Assembly (NCBI GenBank): GCA_027452005.1
Contig: DAIDHF010000012.1
Location: forward strand, 735-64,734
Direction of reading: 5' to 3'
DNA: 64,000 bases
Source: Acidimicrobiales bacterium
GTDB taxonomy: Bacteria; Actinomycetota; Acidimicrobiia; Acidimicrobiales; JAKAVM01
Positions 46,906 to 56,300 of the stretch are shown here, in pieces. The position numbers and the translations under genes are program-made. The notes beneath the pieces were generated by a model, which saw only the letters and a program-made list of their open reading frames with translations, did no database searches and had not been told where the DNA came from. Position 1 is the first letter of the stretch. Every line of letters begins with the position of its first letter.

Positions 46906-48089
46906 TGTGAGACCCTATGAAAGACATCGATCAGACTCTCGGCGCTTGCCTTCCAGGAATAGCGAAGACCTCGCCGAAACGAGTTTTGTGAGAACTCATA
47001 AGCAGTGTCGGGATTTTCCAACAGGATGGACAGATGCGAGGTGTAGTTGCTGTCTTCGACCAGGTATCCGGTCCTGGCATGGTCGACCAAGGTGAGTAGT
47101 CCGCCAACAGCCGAGGCCACGACCGGGGTCCCACAGGCCTGGGCTTCGAGGGCCACGAGACCAAAGGACTCACTCTTGGAGGGAACTACGCACACGTTAG
47201 CTGCCCGGTAGTAAGACGAGAGGAGTTCGTGGGGCTGGGGTTCTCGCCAGATTACCCGGTCCCCAAGTCCATATCGGTCAACCAGAGCGTTTAGGCGGGC
47301 AAGCTCGCCAGGACCGTCAGGACCGCTCGGTCCACCGACTATGGTCAAAAACCCGGGAAGTTCCCTGATAGCTTCAATTGCATGACGCGCCCCTTTGAGG
47401 GGCTGTATCCGCCCTACAAACAAGGTCATGGGAACATCTCCGGGGAGTCCGAGGGCCCGTCGAGCCTGCTCCCTGTCTCCGGGGGAGAAAAAGGCGTGAT
47501 CGACTCCAGGGGGAACGACCGCAATCCGGTCCGGGTCAACGTCGTATAGGTCGATAATTTGAGTTGCCTCTACATTACAAGATGCCACGATAGCCTCACA
47601 GCACTCCATGATCTCCGACTCAGCCTGGGCCCGGTGGACCTGGGCAATCAGGTCGCCTGAGTCCGCCGCCTTCATGCGCTCTAGGGTATGAAAGGTGGAC
47701 ACGAGGGGTACTTCGAGCTTGTGTTTGAGGACATGGCCCACCTTGCCAGACAACCAGTAGTTGGCGTGAATAACGTCAGGGGTTTGGTCCAGGCAATCGA
47801 GCACCTTTTCAGCAAATTCATCAACGGCCTGGGCAAGATGGTCTTTTTCAGATATCCCAGCCGGGTGAGTACCTCTGAGTGCGATATTGAAGACGCGAAA
47901 TCCTGGCTCCACCTCGACCAAAGCGGGCCCGCCGTTATCCCAGGCCACGGTGAACACGTCACAGTGGGCACCGAGGCGGGCTAGGGAGGCGGCTAGCTCT
48001 CGGACGTACACGTTCATACCCCCGCCGTCTCCAACCCCTGGCTGGGCCAGGGGAGAGGTGTGCATGGAGAGCATGGCAACTCTTATCAT
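46881..48089 (-). CDS. mshA: D-inositol-3-phosphate glycosyltransferase (GT4, mycothiol biosynthesis MshA type)
   Basis: VAMLSMHTSPLAQPGVGDGGGMNVYV, HANYWLSG, FVGRIQPLKG and SESFGLVALEAQACGTPVVASAVGGL closely follow the mycobacterial MshA pattern. Confidence 0.88.
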   Translation of the reverse strand: MIRVAMLSMHTSPLAQPGVGDGGGMNVYVRELAASLARLGAHCDVFTVAWDNGGPALVEVEPGFRVFNIALRGTHPAGISEKDHLAQAVDEFAEKVLDCLDQTPDVIHANYWLSGKVGHVLKHKLEVPLVSTFHTLERMKAADSGDLIAQVHRAQAESEIMECCEAIVASCNVEATQIIDLYDVDPDRIAVVPPGVDHAFFSPGDREQARRALGLPGDVPMTLFVGRIQPLKGARHAIEAIRELPGFLTIVGGPSGPDGPGELARLNALVDRYGLGDRVIWREPQPHELLSSYYRAANVCVVPSKSESFGLVALEAQACGTPVVASAVGGLLTLVDHARTGYLVEDSNYTSHLSILLENPDTAYEFSQNSFRRGLRYSWKASAESLIDVFHRVSQRELIECA

Positions 48090-48445
48090 TGAGCCGCGGC
48101 GTTCTCTTTTCTGAAGGACTGGTAGATCGAGATAATGACCTGCTTTTGCGACTCACTTATAGTCATATCCGAGAGTATTGCCGCGGTTAGGTCCTGATCA
48201 GAGGGGTCCTTTTCTTCTAAGATCCCGGCTCGAATATATAGGGTCTCAGCCGAAATCCTAAGTGCCTTGGCGATCTGTTGAAGGATCTCCGCAGACGGCT
48301 TTCTAAGTCCCCGCTCTATCTGAGACAGGTACGGGTTTGACACGTCAGCCAGCTCGGCCAGGCGCCTGAGTGAAAGCCTCGACATCGATCTCTGCTCGCG
48401 AATGAACTCACCGAGTTCACGCCAGTTGGTTGGAAGTTCTTTCAT
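48086..48445 (-). CDS. XRE-family helix-turn-helix transcriptional regulator
   Basis: LSLRRLAELADVSNPYLSQIERGLRKPSAEILQQIAKAL. ATGA overlaps with both neighbours. Confidence 0.85.
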   Translation of the reverse strand: MKELPTNWRELGEFIREQRSMSRLSLRRLAELADVSNPYLSQIERGLRKPSAEILQQIAKALRISAETLYIRAGILEEKDPSDQDLTAAILSDMTISESQKQVIISIYQSFRKENAAAQ

Positions 48446-48960
48446 GTACTCTCCAGTAGTGAATCTACGGTGGCCTCACCGGTCTTATATCTGCGGATAA
48501 TCTCTTGGTGAAGCTTGTCTATCACGTCGTGCAAGCGCCCTCGTTGATCAGAGATCTTGCCCTCGAACTCAATGAGTCGCTCTCCAATGGCCCGAACCTC
48601 GTCGTCTGAAAGGTCCGGGAGCCTGTAGAGGTTCTCGGCCCCGACTATGGCGTCCAACTCCTCCAGGGAGACCTCGTCGGTGTCGGGAGCCAGAAGGTTA
48701 GACAGCCGACCCGAGTAGTGGGCATGAATTCTCCCTGACAAGATTCCCGATAGGTTGTCAACAATGAGGCCAAAATCTGAACTTCCTCGACCCTCGTTCC
48801 GGCGAGTCAGGTCGTAATAGACCACGTCTAGTCGACCGTGAATCATCCTTCGGATATAAGAGAGTTCAACCTCGTAGTGCTCACATTCCTCCCGCCGTGT
48901 ACGAAGTTCACCTATTGGAAGCCCTGAGAGATTGCTCGCTTCAAGGAGGTCGATATCCAC
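48442..48960 (-). CDS. RsiG-like coiled-coil protein (candidate c-di-GMP-binding anti-sigma-type factor)
   Basis: Two copies of E-x3-S-x2-R-x3-H-x3-D: EVELSYIRRMIHGRLD and EGKISDQRGRLHDVID. The first closely resembles the RsiG helix-1 motif as I recall it (E..LSY.RR..QGR.D). Confidence 0.55.
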   Translation of the reverse strand: MDIDLLEASNLSGLPIGELRTRREECEHYEVELSYIRRMIHGRLDVVYYDLTRRNEGRGSSDFGLIVDNLSGILSGRIHAHYSGRLSNLLAPDTDEVSLEELDAIVGAENLYRLPDLSDDEVRAIGERLIEFEGKISDQRGRLHDVIDKLHQEIIRRYKTGEATVDSLLEST

Positions 48961-49059
48961 GGTTAAGATCGTACTATTGAAACTCTTAGACGGCTAAAAG
49001 ACGGGCTCCTATTCCGTCAGGTGATCTGAGACTACGGGCTGAATTCTAACCTGGTGAAC

Positions 49060-49887
49060 CTAAATCTCAGAGACTCGCGCCCAGCCGTTCTTGACGACAT
49101 CTTGACCAGCACTCGTAGACTCGAACGCGTAGTTTCCCTGGTCATCAACCCGATAAACGGTAGTCTCAATGTCATTTCCTGGAAACACGTTCTTTGAAAA
49201 ACGCACGGCAAGTCTCTTGAGTCGGGTCGGATCACCCCCAGCCACGAGTTTTACTACCGACTGGCCAGTCATGGCCATTGTACACAGACCGTGTGCAATA
49301 ATCCCGGGGAGACCAACGCTCTTGGCCACCGACTCGTCTAGGTGTATAGGCATCATGTCCCCTGAGGCCTTTGAATACCGGAAGGTCTGGTCGCCGTCAA
49401 CGTGCACCACATCGACACCTACCCGGTTGGCCCTGGCAGACTCGGGAAAGGTATGGTCAGGCTTGTCGGGCCCACCGTCTTGTCCGTCGACCATTCCCCG
49501 AACAAACAGGGTGGCATAACTCTCGACCCTGAGCTGGTTGTCGTCGGCTCCTCGGGACTCGACCCTAAAGGCGACCCGAGTTCCAGATGAACCAACTCGT
49601 ACGTTGAAGGCCTCACCCACGGTTACAATCTCTTCACCGATCAAAAGTGGGGCATGAAAGTGCATGTCCTGTTCGCCGTGAACGACCATGAGCATGGATT
49701 CTGGCGGTATGGTCTGGGAGGCGACCTGACCGAGAGCCTCAAAGGCTGGCACAACCGCGAAGACTGGCGGGGCAATCTTCTCGTAGGCCGAATTTGAGTC
49801 GTTGGTGGCCAGAGCATACTCCTGGGCCCGCTGAGCCTCGACAACAAACTTTCTGGGTTCCGACAGTACTCCGAGCTTGTCTAACAT
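49060..49887 (-). CDS. MaoC-like double hot-dog (R)-specific enoyl-CoA hydratase/dehydratase
   Basis: 275 aa, two hot-dog halves. The C-terminal half has DMMPIHLDESVAKSVGLPGIIAHG, the MaoC hydratase motif. Confidence 0.8.
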   Translation of the reverse strand: MLDKLGVLSEPRKFVVEAQRAQEYALATNDSNSAYEKIAPPVFAVVPAFEALGQVASQTIPPESMLMVVHGEQDMHFHAPLLIGEEIVTVGEAFNVRVGSSGTRVAFRVESRGADDNQLRVESYATLFVRGMVDGQDGGPDKPDHTFPESARANRVGVDVVHVDGDQTFRYSKASGDMMPIHLDESVAKSVGLPGIIAHGLCTMAMTGQSVVKLVAGGDPTRLKRLAVRFSKNVFPGNDIETTVYRVDDQGNYAFESTSAGQDVVKNGWARVSEI

Positions 49888-49896
49888 ATAACCCCC

Positions 49897-50430
49897 TTAT
49901 ACGTGGTGTAACAGATGAGCTGATAACTCACTCTTGATATCTACGACATTTGCGTGGATAACGTCCAATCTAGCTTCTATCGTGTCTATCCGGCCACCCA
50001 GACTATCGATTCGCCGATTGAGCCGATCGCCTTGTTCATCTATGCGCTGGTCGAGTCGAGCACCTTGTTCATCGATACGCACAGCAAGAATGTCGATTCT
50101 GGCCCCAAGAGAATCAAATCGCTGGTCGAGTCGGGCACTTTGCTCGTCGATTCTGGCACTTTGCTCGTCGATTCTGGCACTTTGCTCGTCGATTCTGGCA
50201 CCAAGAGAATCAAATCGCTGGTCGAGTCGGCCTGAAATCTCATCTGCCCGACGGCCAAGTTCAACGCGTACACTTTCAATCTTTTGTTCAAGTGAGTCCC
50301 GAAATTTATTGAACTTAGCATCTATTACATCACCTAGAGCGTCGATTCGATTGTTCAGAGTGATGGCATATAAGACCATGATTGGTAATATGGCGACCAC
50401 GACTGTGAGGGTTGCAACTTGCACTATCAT
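49897..50430 (-). CDS. N-terminally membrane-anchored coiled-coil repeat protein
   Basis: TM helix IVQVATLTVVVAILPIMVLYAITL, followed by a repetitive RID/RLD array (RFDSLGARIDEQSARIDEQSARIDEQSARLDQRFDSLGARID...). Confidence 0.6.
   Translation of the reverse strand: MIVQVATLTVVVAILPIMVLYAITLNNRIDALGDVIDAKFNKFRDSLEQKIESVRVELGRRADEISGRLDQRFDSLGARIDEQSARIDEQSARIDEQSARLDQRFDSLGARIDILAVRIDEQGARLDQRIDEQGDRLNRRIDSLGGRIDTIEARLDVIHANVVDIKSELSAHLLHHV
50135..50197. repeat. Perfect 3 x 21-bp tandem repeat inside the coiled-coil gene, flanked by a 34-bp direct repeat
   Basis: GCACTTTGCTCGTCGATTCTG occurs three times. The flanking GGC(C/A)CCAAGAGAATCAAATCGCTGGTCGAGTCGG lies at 50101-50134 and 50198-50231. 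Confidence 0.9.
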
Positions 50431-50502
50431 TCTCTCCTTCTAGTATAGGTTGGAAGAAAAACTAGTGCCTGGGTGCGACAGTTATTTGTTTGAAAGCTAT
50501 GA

Positions 50503-51894
50503 CTAGGCGGACTTTACCGCACTGACCAACTTGGAGAGAGAGTCCTTGGCGTCACCAAAGAGGAGAGTCACCTTAGGATCATAGAATAGCTCGTTATCAA
50601 TCCCAGCAAAGCCCGGACGCATGGATCGCTTTAGGAAGACCACCTGATGTGCTCGATCTACGTCGAGAATTGGCATACCGTAGATTGGACTTCCCTGCAT
50701 GTCTCGGGCGGCCGGATTGACCACGTCGTTGGCCCCTACTACCAGGGCCACATCAGTGGAGGGGAACTCCGGATTGATCTCGTCCATCTCTTTGAGCTGG
50801 TCATAAGGAACATCTGCCTCGGCCAAGAGGACGTTCATGTGTCCTGGCATCCTCCCGGCCACGGGGTGGATTGCGTAGTCTATCTCGACCCCCTTTGACG
50901 TCAACGCGTCGGCGAGCTCCTTGACGGTGTGTTGCGCCTGGGCGACGGCCAGGCCGTAACCGGGTACGATGATTACCTTTTGGGCATAGGCCAGCATGGT
51001 CCCGATATCCTGGGCACTTGCAGATCGAACCGGCCGGTCCTCGCCTCCTCCGGTTCCAGTTCCAGTCGAACTAACTTGTACCTTGCCAAAGGCCCCAAAG
51101 AGGACGTTGGCCAGAGACCTGCCCATTGCCTGGCTCATCATGCGGGTCAAAAGGGTCCCGGAGGCTCCAACAAGGGTTCCGGCCACTATCAAGAGAACGT
51201 TGTTCAAGACAAACCCTGAAGCGGCCACAGCCAGACCTGTAAAAGAGTTGAGAAGGGAGATAACTACCGGCATGTCGGCACCCCCGATAGGGAGTACGAA
51301 GGCAACTCCAAACAAGAGTGCCACACCGGCCATAATTGCCAGATCCGGCGAGGAGGTAGTTGCCAGAACCATGCCCCCGAGGGCCAAAATTGCCACGCCG
51401 ACCAAAGCGTTTACGGCTTGCTGTCCCTTGTAGGTTATTGGAGTTCCAGTCATAACCTCTTGAAGCTTCAAAAAGGCAATTATGGAACCAGAAAAAGAAA
51501 TACAACCAACAATGACTCCAAATACAACAGCAACCTGTACCCACTCAGCGACTCCCACATGGGTGTGCTTTGAAAAGTCGGCAATGTCAACAAGGGCGGC
51601 CGCTCCACCACCAACTCCGTTGAAGGCGGCAACCATCTGGGGCATGGCGGTCATCTTGACCATCCGGGCAGCCGGGATACCCACGACGACTCCGCAAGCG
51701 AGTGCAATCACAATCAGGTCGAGGTTTTCAACGTGGCGATTGACAAAGGTCATCACGACCGCAACAACCATGCCAAAGGCCCCTAGGCCGTTTCCATATC
51801 TGGCCGTCTTGGGAGATGTAAGTCCCTTTAGCGCCAAGATAAAACATACGGCCGCAAACAGGTACGCGACGTTTACGCCGGTCGAGAGACTCAT
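50503..51894 (-). CDS. pntB: NAD(P) transhydrogenase subunit beta
   Basis: 463 aa. An N-terminal TM domain plus a C-terminal NADP(H) domain (IIVPGYGLAVAQAQH, VGANDVVNPAA). Confidence 0.93.
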   Translation of the reverse strand: MSLSTGVNVAYLFAAVCFILALKGLTSPKTARYGNGLGAFGMVVAVVMTFVNRHVENLDLIVIALACGVVVGIPAARMVKMTAMPQMVAAFNGVGGGAAALVDIADFSKHTHVGVAEWVQVAVVFGVIVGCISFSGSIIAFLKLQEVMTGTPITYKGQQAVNALVGVAILALGGMVLATTSSPDLAIMAGVALLFGVAFVLPIGGADMPVVISLLNSFTGLAVAASGFVLNNVLLIVAGTLVGASGTLLTRMMSQAMGRSLANVLFGAFGKVQVSSTGTGTGGGEDRPVRSASAQDIGTMLAYAQKVIIVPGYGLAVAQAQHTVKELADALTSKGVEIDYAIHPVAGRMPGHMNVLLAEADVPYDQLKEMDEINPEFPSTDVALVVGANDVVNPAARDMQGSPIYGMPILDVDRAHQVVFLKRSMRPGFAGIDNELFYDPKVTLLFGDAKDSLSKLVSAVKSA

Positions 51895-52181
51895 TGCTTC
51901 TTCTTGGGCTTGAACATTTCAAGCATCCGATCGGTAACCGCAAACCCACCGATAACGTTGAGAGTGGCCAGAAATACTGCGGCGGTACCAAGGACCTGTT
52001 GGGTCGTCGAGTTCGCACCGGCCAGAATGATAATGGAGCCAACCAAGATAATCCCGTGAACTGCATTTGTTCCCGACATAAGGGGGGTATGTAAAATGCT
52101 CGGAACCTTAGAGATAACCTCAAAACCCACAAATACGGCCAACACAAAAACGGTAACTAGCCCGAGAACACCTCCAGTCAT
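51891..52181 (-). CDS. pntA: NAD(P) transhydrogenase subunit alpha, part 2 (membrane)
   Basis: 96 aa with three TM helices, between the dI and beta genes, with overlapping stops and starts. Confidence 0.88.
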   Translation of the reverse strand: MTGGVLGLVTVFVLAVFVGFEVISKVPSILHTPLMSGTNAVHGIILVGSIIILAGANSTTQQVLGTAAVFLATLNVIGGFAVTDRMLEMFKPKKKQ

Positions 52182-53299
52182 AACCCGAGCAACTCTCTAG
52201 TTGGTTGATGGCGAACCTCGCCATTGGCGACAACGCAAGTAGCACTAACTACCTCATCGTCTAAGTCCATCTCCAACTTGCCATCTTTTATCATGGGAGT
52301 TAGAAAGTTCACCACGTTCTTGGCATATAGCTGACTGGCATGAGTCGATATCATACTAGGTAGTTCAGAGGCACCAATAACGGTTACGCCTCCTAATAGA
52401 ACCTCCTCCCCGTCTTGGGTAATCTCACAGTTTCCACCGGTTGAAGCTGCCAGGTCGACCACGATAGAACCAGGCTTCATGGCCTCCACCATGGCCTTGG
52501 TAATAAGAATTGGTGCCTTTCTGCCTGGGATTGCAGCAGTTGTAATTACAACATCAGAAACTTTAACCGTGTCGGCAATCAAAGATTGCTGTTTAGCCTG
52601 AAATTCCGCACTTTGATCACCGGCATATCCACCTTGACCTTCAACGGCTTCCAGGGGAAGTTCAACAAACTTAGCGCCCAGGCTCTGGACCTCTTCTTTA
52701 ACCGCTAGTCGAACGTCATATGCACTCACCTGGGCACCTAGACGCTTTGCCGTTGCAATTGCCTGAAGCCCTGCTACGCCAGCGCCCATCACTAAGACCT
52801 TGGCCGGTGGAATTGTCCCTGCAGCTGTCATGAGCATTGGGAAAAACTTTGAAAGGCGTGTAGCTGCAAGTAGTACGGCCTTGTAACCAGCAGCTGAGGC
52901 CTGCGATGAAAGCGAGTCCATAGACTGAGCTCTCGAAATACGAGGTAAGAGATCCATTGCAAATACCGAACAGCCCTTTTTGGCAAGTTCGGCAATTGCA
53001 TCTACAAAACCCGCTGGTTGACCGGTACATATGGTAACAGCACCAGGCTTAATGGAAGCAACTTCCTCCACGGATAACGGCAAAACCTTTATGACTACAT
53101 CGGCATCGGAGTAGTTATCATCGACCTTGGCCCCAACAGCCAAATAGTCCGAATCAAAAAATAAAGCTTGGTTTCCACTAGTAGGAACTAAGGAAACCTC
53201 AGCACCTAATTCTAGGAGCTTCTTCGCGGCGTCAGGTGTGAGAGCTACTCTTTTCTCGCCCGCGCCAACTTCTTTGAGAACAGCAACTTTGATGCTCAT
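52178..53299 (-). CDS. pntA: NAD(P) transhydrogenase subunit alpha, part 1 (dI, alanine-dehydrogenase fold)
   Basis: KEVGAGEKRVALTP N-terminus and the VLVMGAGVAGLQAIATAKRLGA NAD fold. Confidence 0.93.
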   Translation of the reverse strand: MSIKVAVLKEVGAGEKRVALTPDAAKKLLELGAEVSLVPTSGNQALFFDSDYLAVGAKVDDNYSDADVVIKVLPLSVEEVASIKPGAVTICTGQPAGFVDAIAELAKKGCSVFAMDLLPRISRAQSMDSLSSQASAAGYKAVLLAATRLSKFFPMLMTAAGTIPPAKVLVMGAGVAGLQAIATAKRLGAQVSAYDVRLAVKEEVQSLGAKFVELPLEAVEGQGGYAGDQSAEFQAKQQSLIADTVKVSDVVITTAAIPGRKAPILITKAMVEAMKPGSIVVDLAASTGGNCEITQDGEEVLLGGVTVIGASELPSMISTHASQLYAKNVVNFLTPMIKDGKLEMDLDDEVVSATCVVANGEVRHQPTRELLGL

Positions 53300-53312
53300 A
53301 GACTAGTTCTTA

Positions 53313-53352
53313 AAACAAAAGAGCCGCAACCTCGAAAGGCTGCGGCTCTTTT
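53313..53352 (-). terminator. Rho-independent terminator downstream of the 1,964-aa gene
   Basis: A perfect 8-bp stem, GAGCCGCA (53321-53328) with TGCGGCTC (53341-53348), and a 12-nt loop. On the minus strand it is followed by TTTTGTTTT. There is also a T-run on the plus strand, so it may act in both directions. Confidence 0.7.
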
Positions 53353-53366
53353 GCTGTACTTCGTTG

Positions 53367-56300
53367 TTATGAAGCTGCTATTGCTTCAATAGCACTTGAC
53401 GATGTCGGTCCAGGCGTAGTCTCAAGCGCCGGAGTCGGACTTCCATCACCGAATGAGTAGATGGATCCGTCCAGACCGGCAACCCAGTAACCCTTACCAT
53501 CCGGGGTCAAAGCAATTCCGGTGACAGAGTTGGAACTAGATAGACTTCCAGCTGGCGAACCGAAGAACGGAGCATCTCCAAAGGAGTACACACCACCATC
53601 GGAACCAACCATTAGATAACCCTTGTCATCAATGCTCGGAATCATTCCTACAATCGGAGCTGCTGGGGTGAAGGAGTTGGCTCCACCTGCAGGCATTCCT
53701 GGGTTGATCTGGCCTGAGGAACCATAAAACCCTGCATCACCGAAGGCAAAGATTCCACCGTCTGAAGCAACCATCCAGTAGCCCTTACCGTCGGCCGTAG
53801 GAACTATCCCAACTATCGGCCTATTAGGCGTAAAAGCGTTCGAACCACCAGCAGGAAGATTCGGGTTGATCTGGCCTGAGGAACCAACAAAGGTAGCATC
53901 ACCGAAGGCAAACACTCCACCGTCTTGTCCAACCATCCAGTAGCCCTTACCGTCGGCGGTGCTAACTATTCCAACAATCTCCTTTACAGGGGTAAATGAA
54001 TTGGAACCACCAGCAGGCCTTGATGGGTTGATCTGACCAGCTGAACCCTCAAAGGAGGCATCTCCGTAGGAGAAGATTCCACCATCGGCGCCTAGCAACC
54101 AGTATCCTTTACCATCTGGGGTAACAGCCATTGCAATAGTAGGTGCATTCAGATTCAGATTTGAAGCATCGCCAAGGCCGGTCATTGCTGAACCATAGGC
54201 ATATACCTTTCCGTATGCACTGAGGGTAAAGAATCCACCAGCCGCTGCAGGTGCTGCATAGGTAAACATGTCGGAGCTAGATGTTGCCGAAGTTCCAGCA
54301 GCATTCATCACAGTTACATTTACGGAACCAGTGCCCGCCGGTGAAGTAACTGTAATTGACGTAGCCGACGATACCGTCATGCTAGTACCAGCAGTCGAAC
54401 CGAAGTCAACGCCAGTCGCAACACATGTAGCGGGGCTACCAGCAACTTCAAATCCGGTACCAGTTACCGTTACTACCGTACCACCGGCTCCAGGGCCGCT
54501 AGTTGGGCTAATACCCGTAACCGTCGGAATTGCACAGCTTGAGTAGGTGAAGGTATCAGCTGAAGACTTCGCAGAGGTTCCACCAGGGGTAACAACCGTT
54601 ACATCAACCGCACCAGCAGTCCCCTTGGGGTCGACAACTGTCAATGATGTCCCGGCGGAGTTCACTGTGACACTAGTTCCAGCAGTCGCACCAAAGTCCA
54701 CAGCAGTGGCCCCAGTTAGATTCGTACCAGTAACCGTAACTGTCTGTCCACCAGCAGTCGTACCCGAATTAGGGGAAACTGCGGTAACGGTGGGTGCAGG
54801 AATTACAGCGTAGGTGAACTGATCAGCAGAACTCTTCGCAGAGGTACCTCCGGCTGTAGTGACTGTCACATCTACCGCACCAGCAGATCCAGCAGGTGAC
54901 GTGGCGACAATTGAAGTGTCACTCTTTACGGTCACACCAGTTGCAGCAACCGTACCAAAATCTACTGCTGTAGCGGCTGTAAGTCCGGTACCTGTAATCG
55001 TTACTGCAGTGCCACCATTTGTTGAACCGGTATTTGGCGAAATAGCAGTTACAGTCGGAACTGGTGCCGTGTAGGTGAACTGGTCAGCGCTAACAGCTGG
55101 TGAAGTTCCACCAATGGTAGAAACCTCAACGTTCACCACGCCAGCAGCTTGAGCTGGTGAAGGAACTGTTATCTGAGTTGACGACACAACAACCACCGAG
55201 CTAGCCGAGATAGCACCAAAGCTAACAGTTGCTGAATTCGTAAAGCCAGTACCTGTTACGGTAACGGACGTTCCTCCAGCAGTGAGACCTGTATTGGGCG
55301 AGATACTCGTAACACTAGGTGCAGGCGGTGCAACGATAGAGAAACCAGCACTTGTAGTCGGAGTCGTATCGGCCGAAGTATTTTCAACCAACGTATATGA
55401 CCCCGTTATTGTATTGGTAACACCGTTGATGGCGAGCGAAACAGATCCGCTTGCTGGTACGGCAACTGCCGTAGTTATCGTTGCCGTAGTCGAGGCTACG
55501 GTAACACTACTAGCACTAACCCCATTGACCACGTAGTTTGCAGCCGAAGTCGGCAACACGGTCGAACTTGGGAACGCCACCGATATCGTCCCTGTATTAG
55601 CAGCCAAAGCTCCCGTAGAGGAAACACTAAAGGTGGTCGTATAGTTCGCAGTTGACTGAGCCACGTTCGTACTTAGCGCGACCGTCGGCGTGGTAATGCC
55701 CGACGAAATCGTATAGCTAGAACTGGTCACCGCGGCACCATCAGCTGAAGTAGCAACTGTAAAGGTGTCAGAAGTACTTGCAGTCGAGGGGTTAGTAACA
55801 CCAGGAAGAGTAACAAGAACCGCTTGGCCAGCTTGTACTGCAGCTGCAGCACTAGTGTTCAACGTAACGGTGACAGTTGCAGTACCCGAACCAGACAGTC
55901 CTGAGGCTGCAAAACCATCTACTGTATAGTCAGTTGCTGTAGCGTCCGCAAAATTGGTACCCGTAGCGGCTGCAATTGTAATGGTTCCGGTTGTATTAGG
56001 AATGGCAGTCGTGGCCGTAAAGCCCACTGTATAGGTCTCGCCAGTCCCAGAGGTAGTTGGAACGTCTGGATATGGTCCAGAGATCTTAGTTACACCTGTA
56101 GCAATTGTATAAGTTCCAGTAGCCACAGGAATTGGATCTGTAGAGGTATAGAGCGCCAACGCATCTGCTGTGCTAGCAGTAGTTGGATTTGTCACCCCAG
56201 CAATACCTACAGTCACTACCGACGAAGCAGCCACCAAGGCGGCAGAGACCGTCCCGGGCACCAAGATAACGACTGTAGATCCAGAGTTCACAACCGTTGG

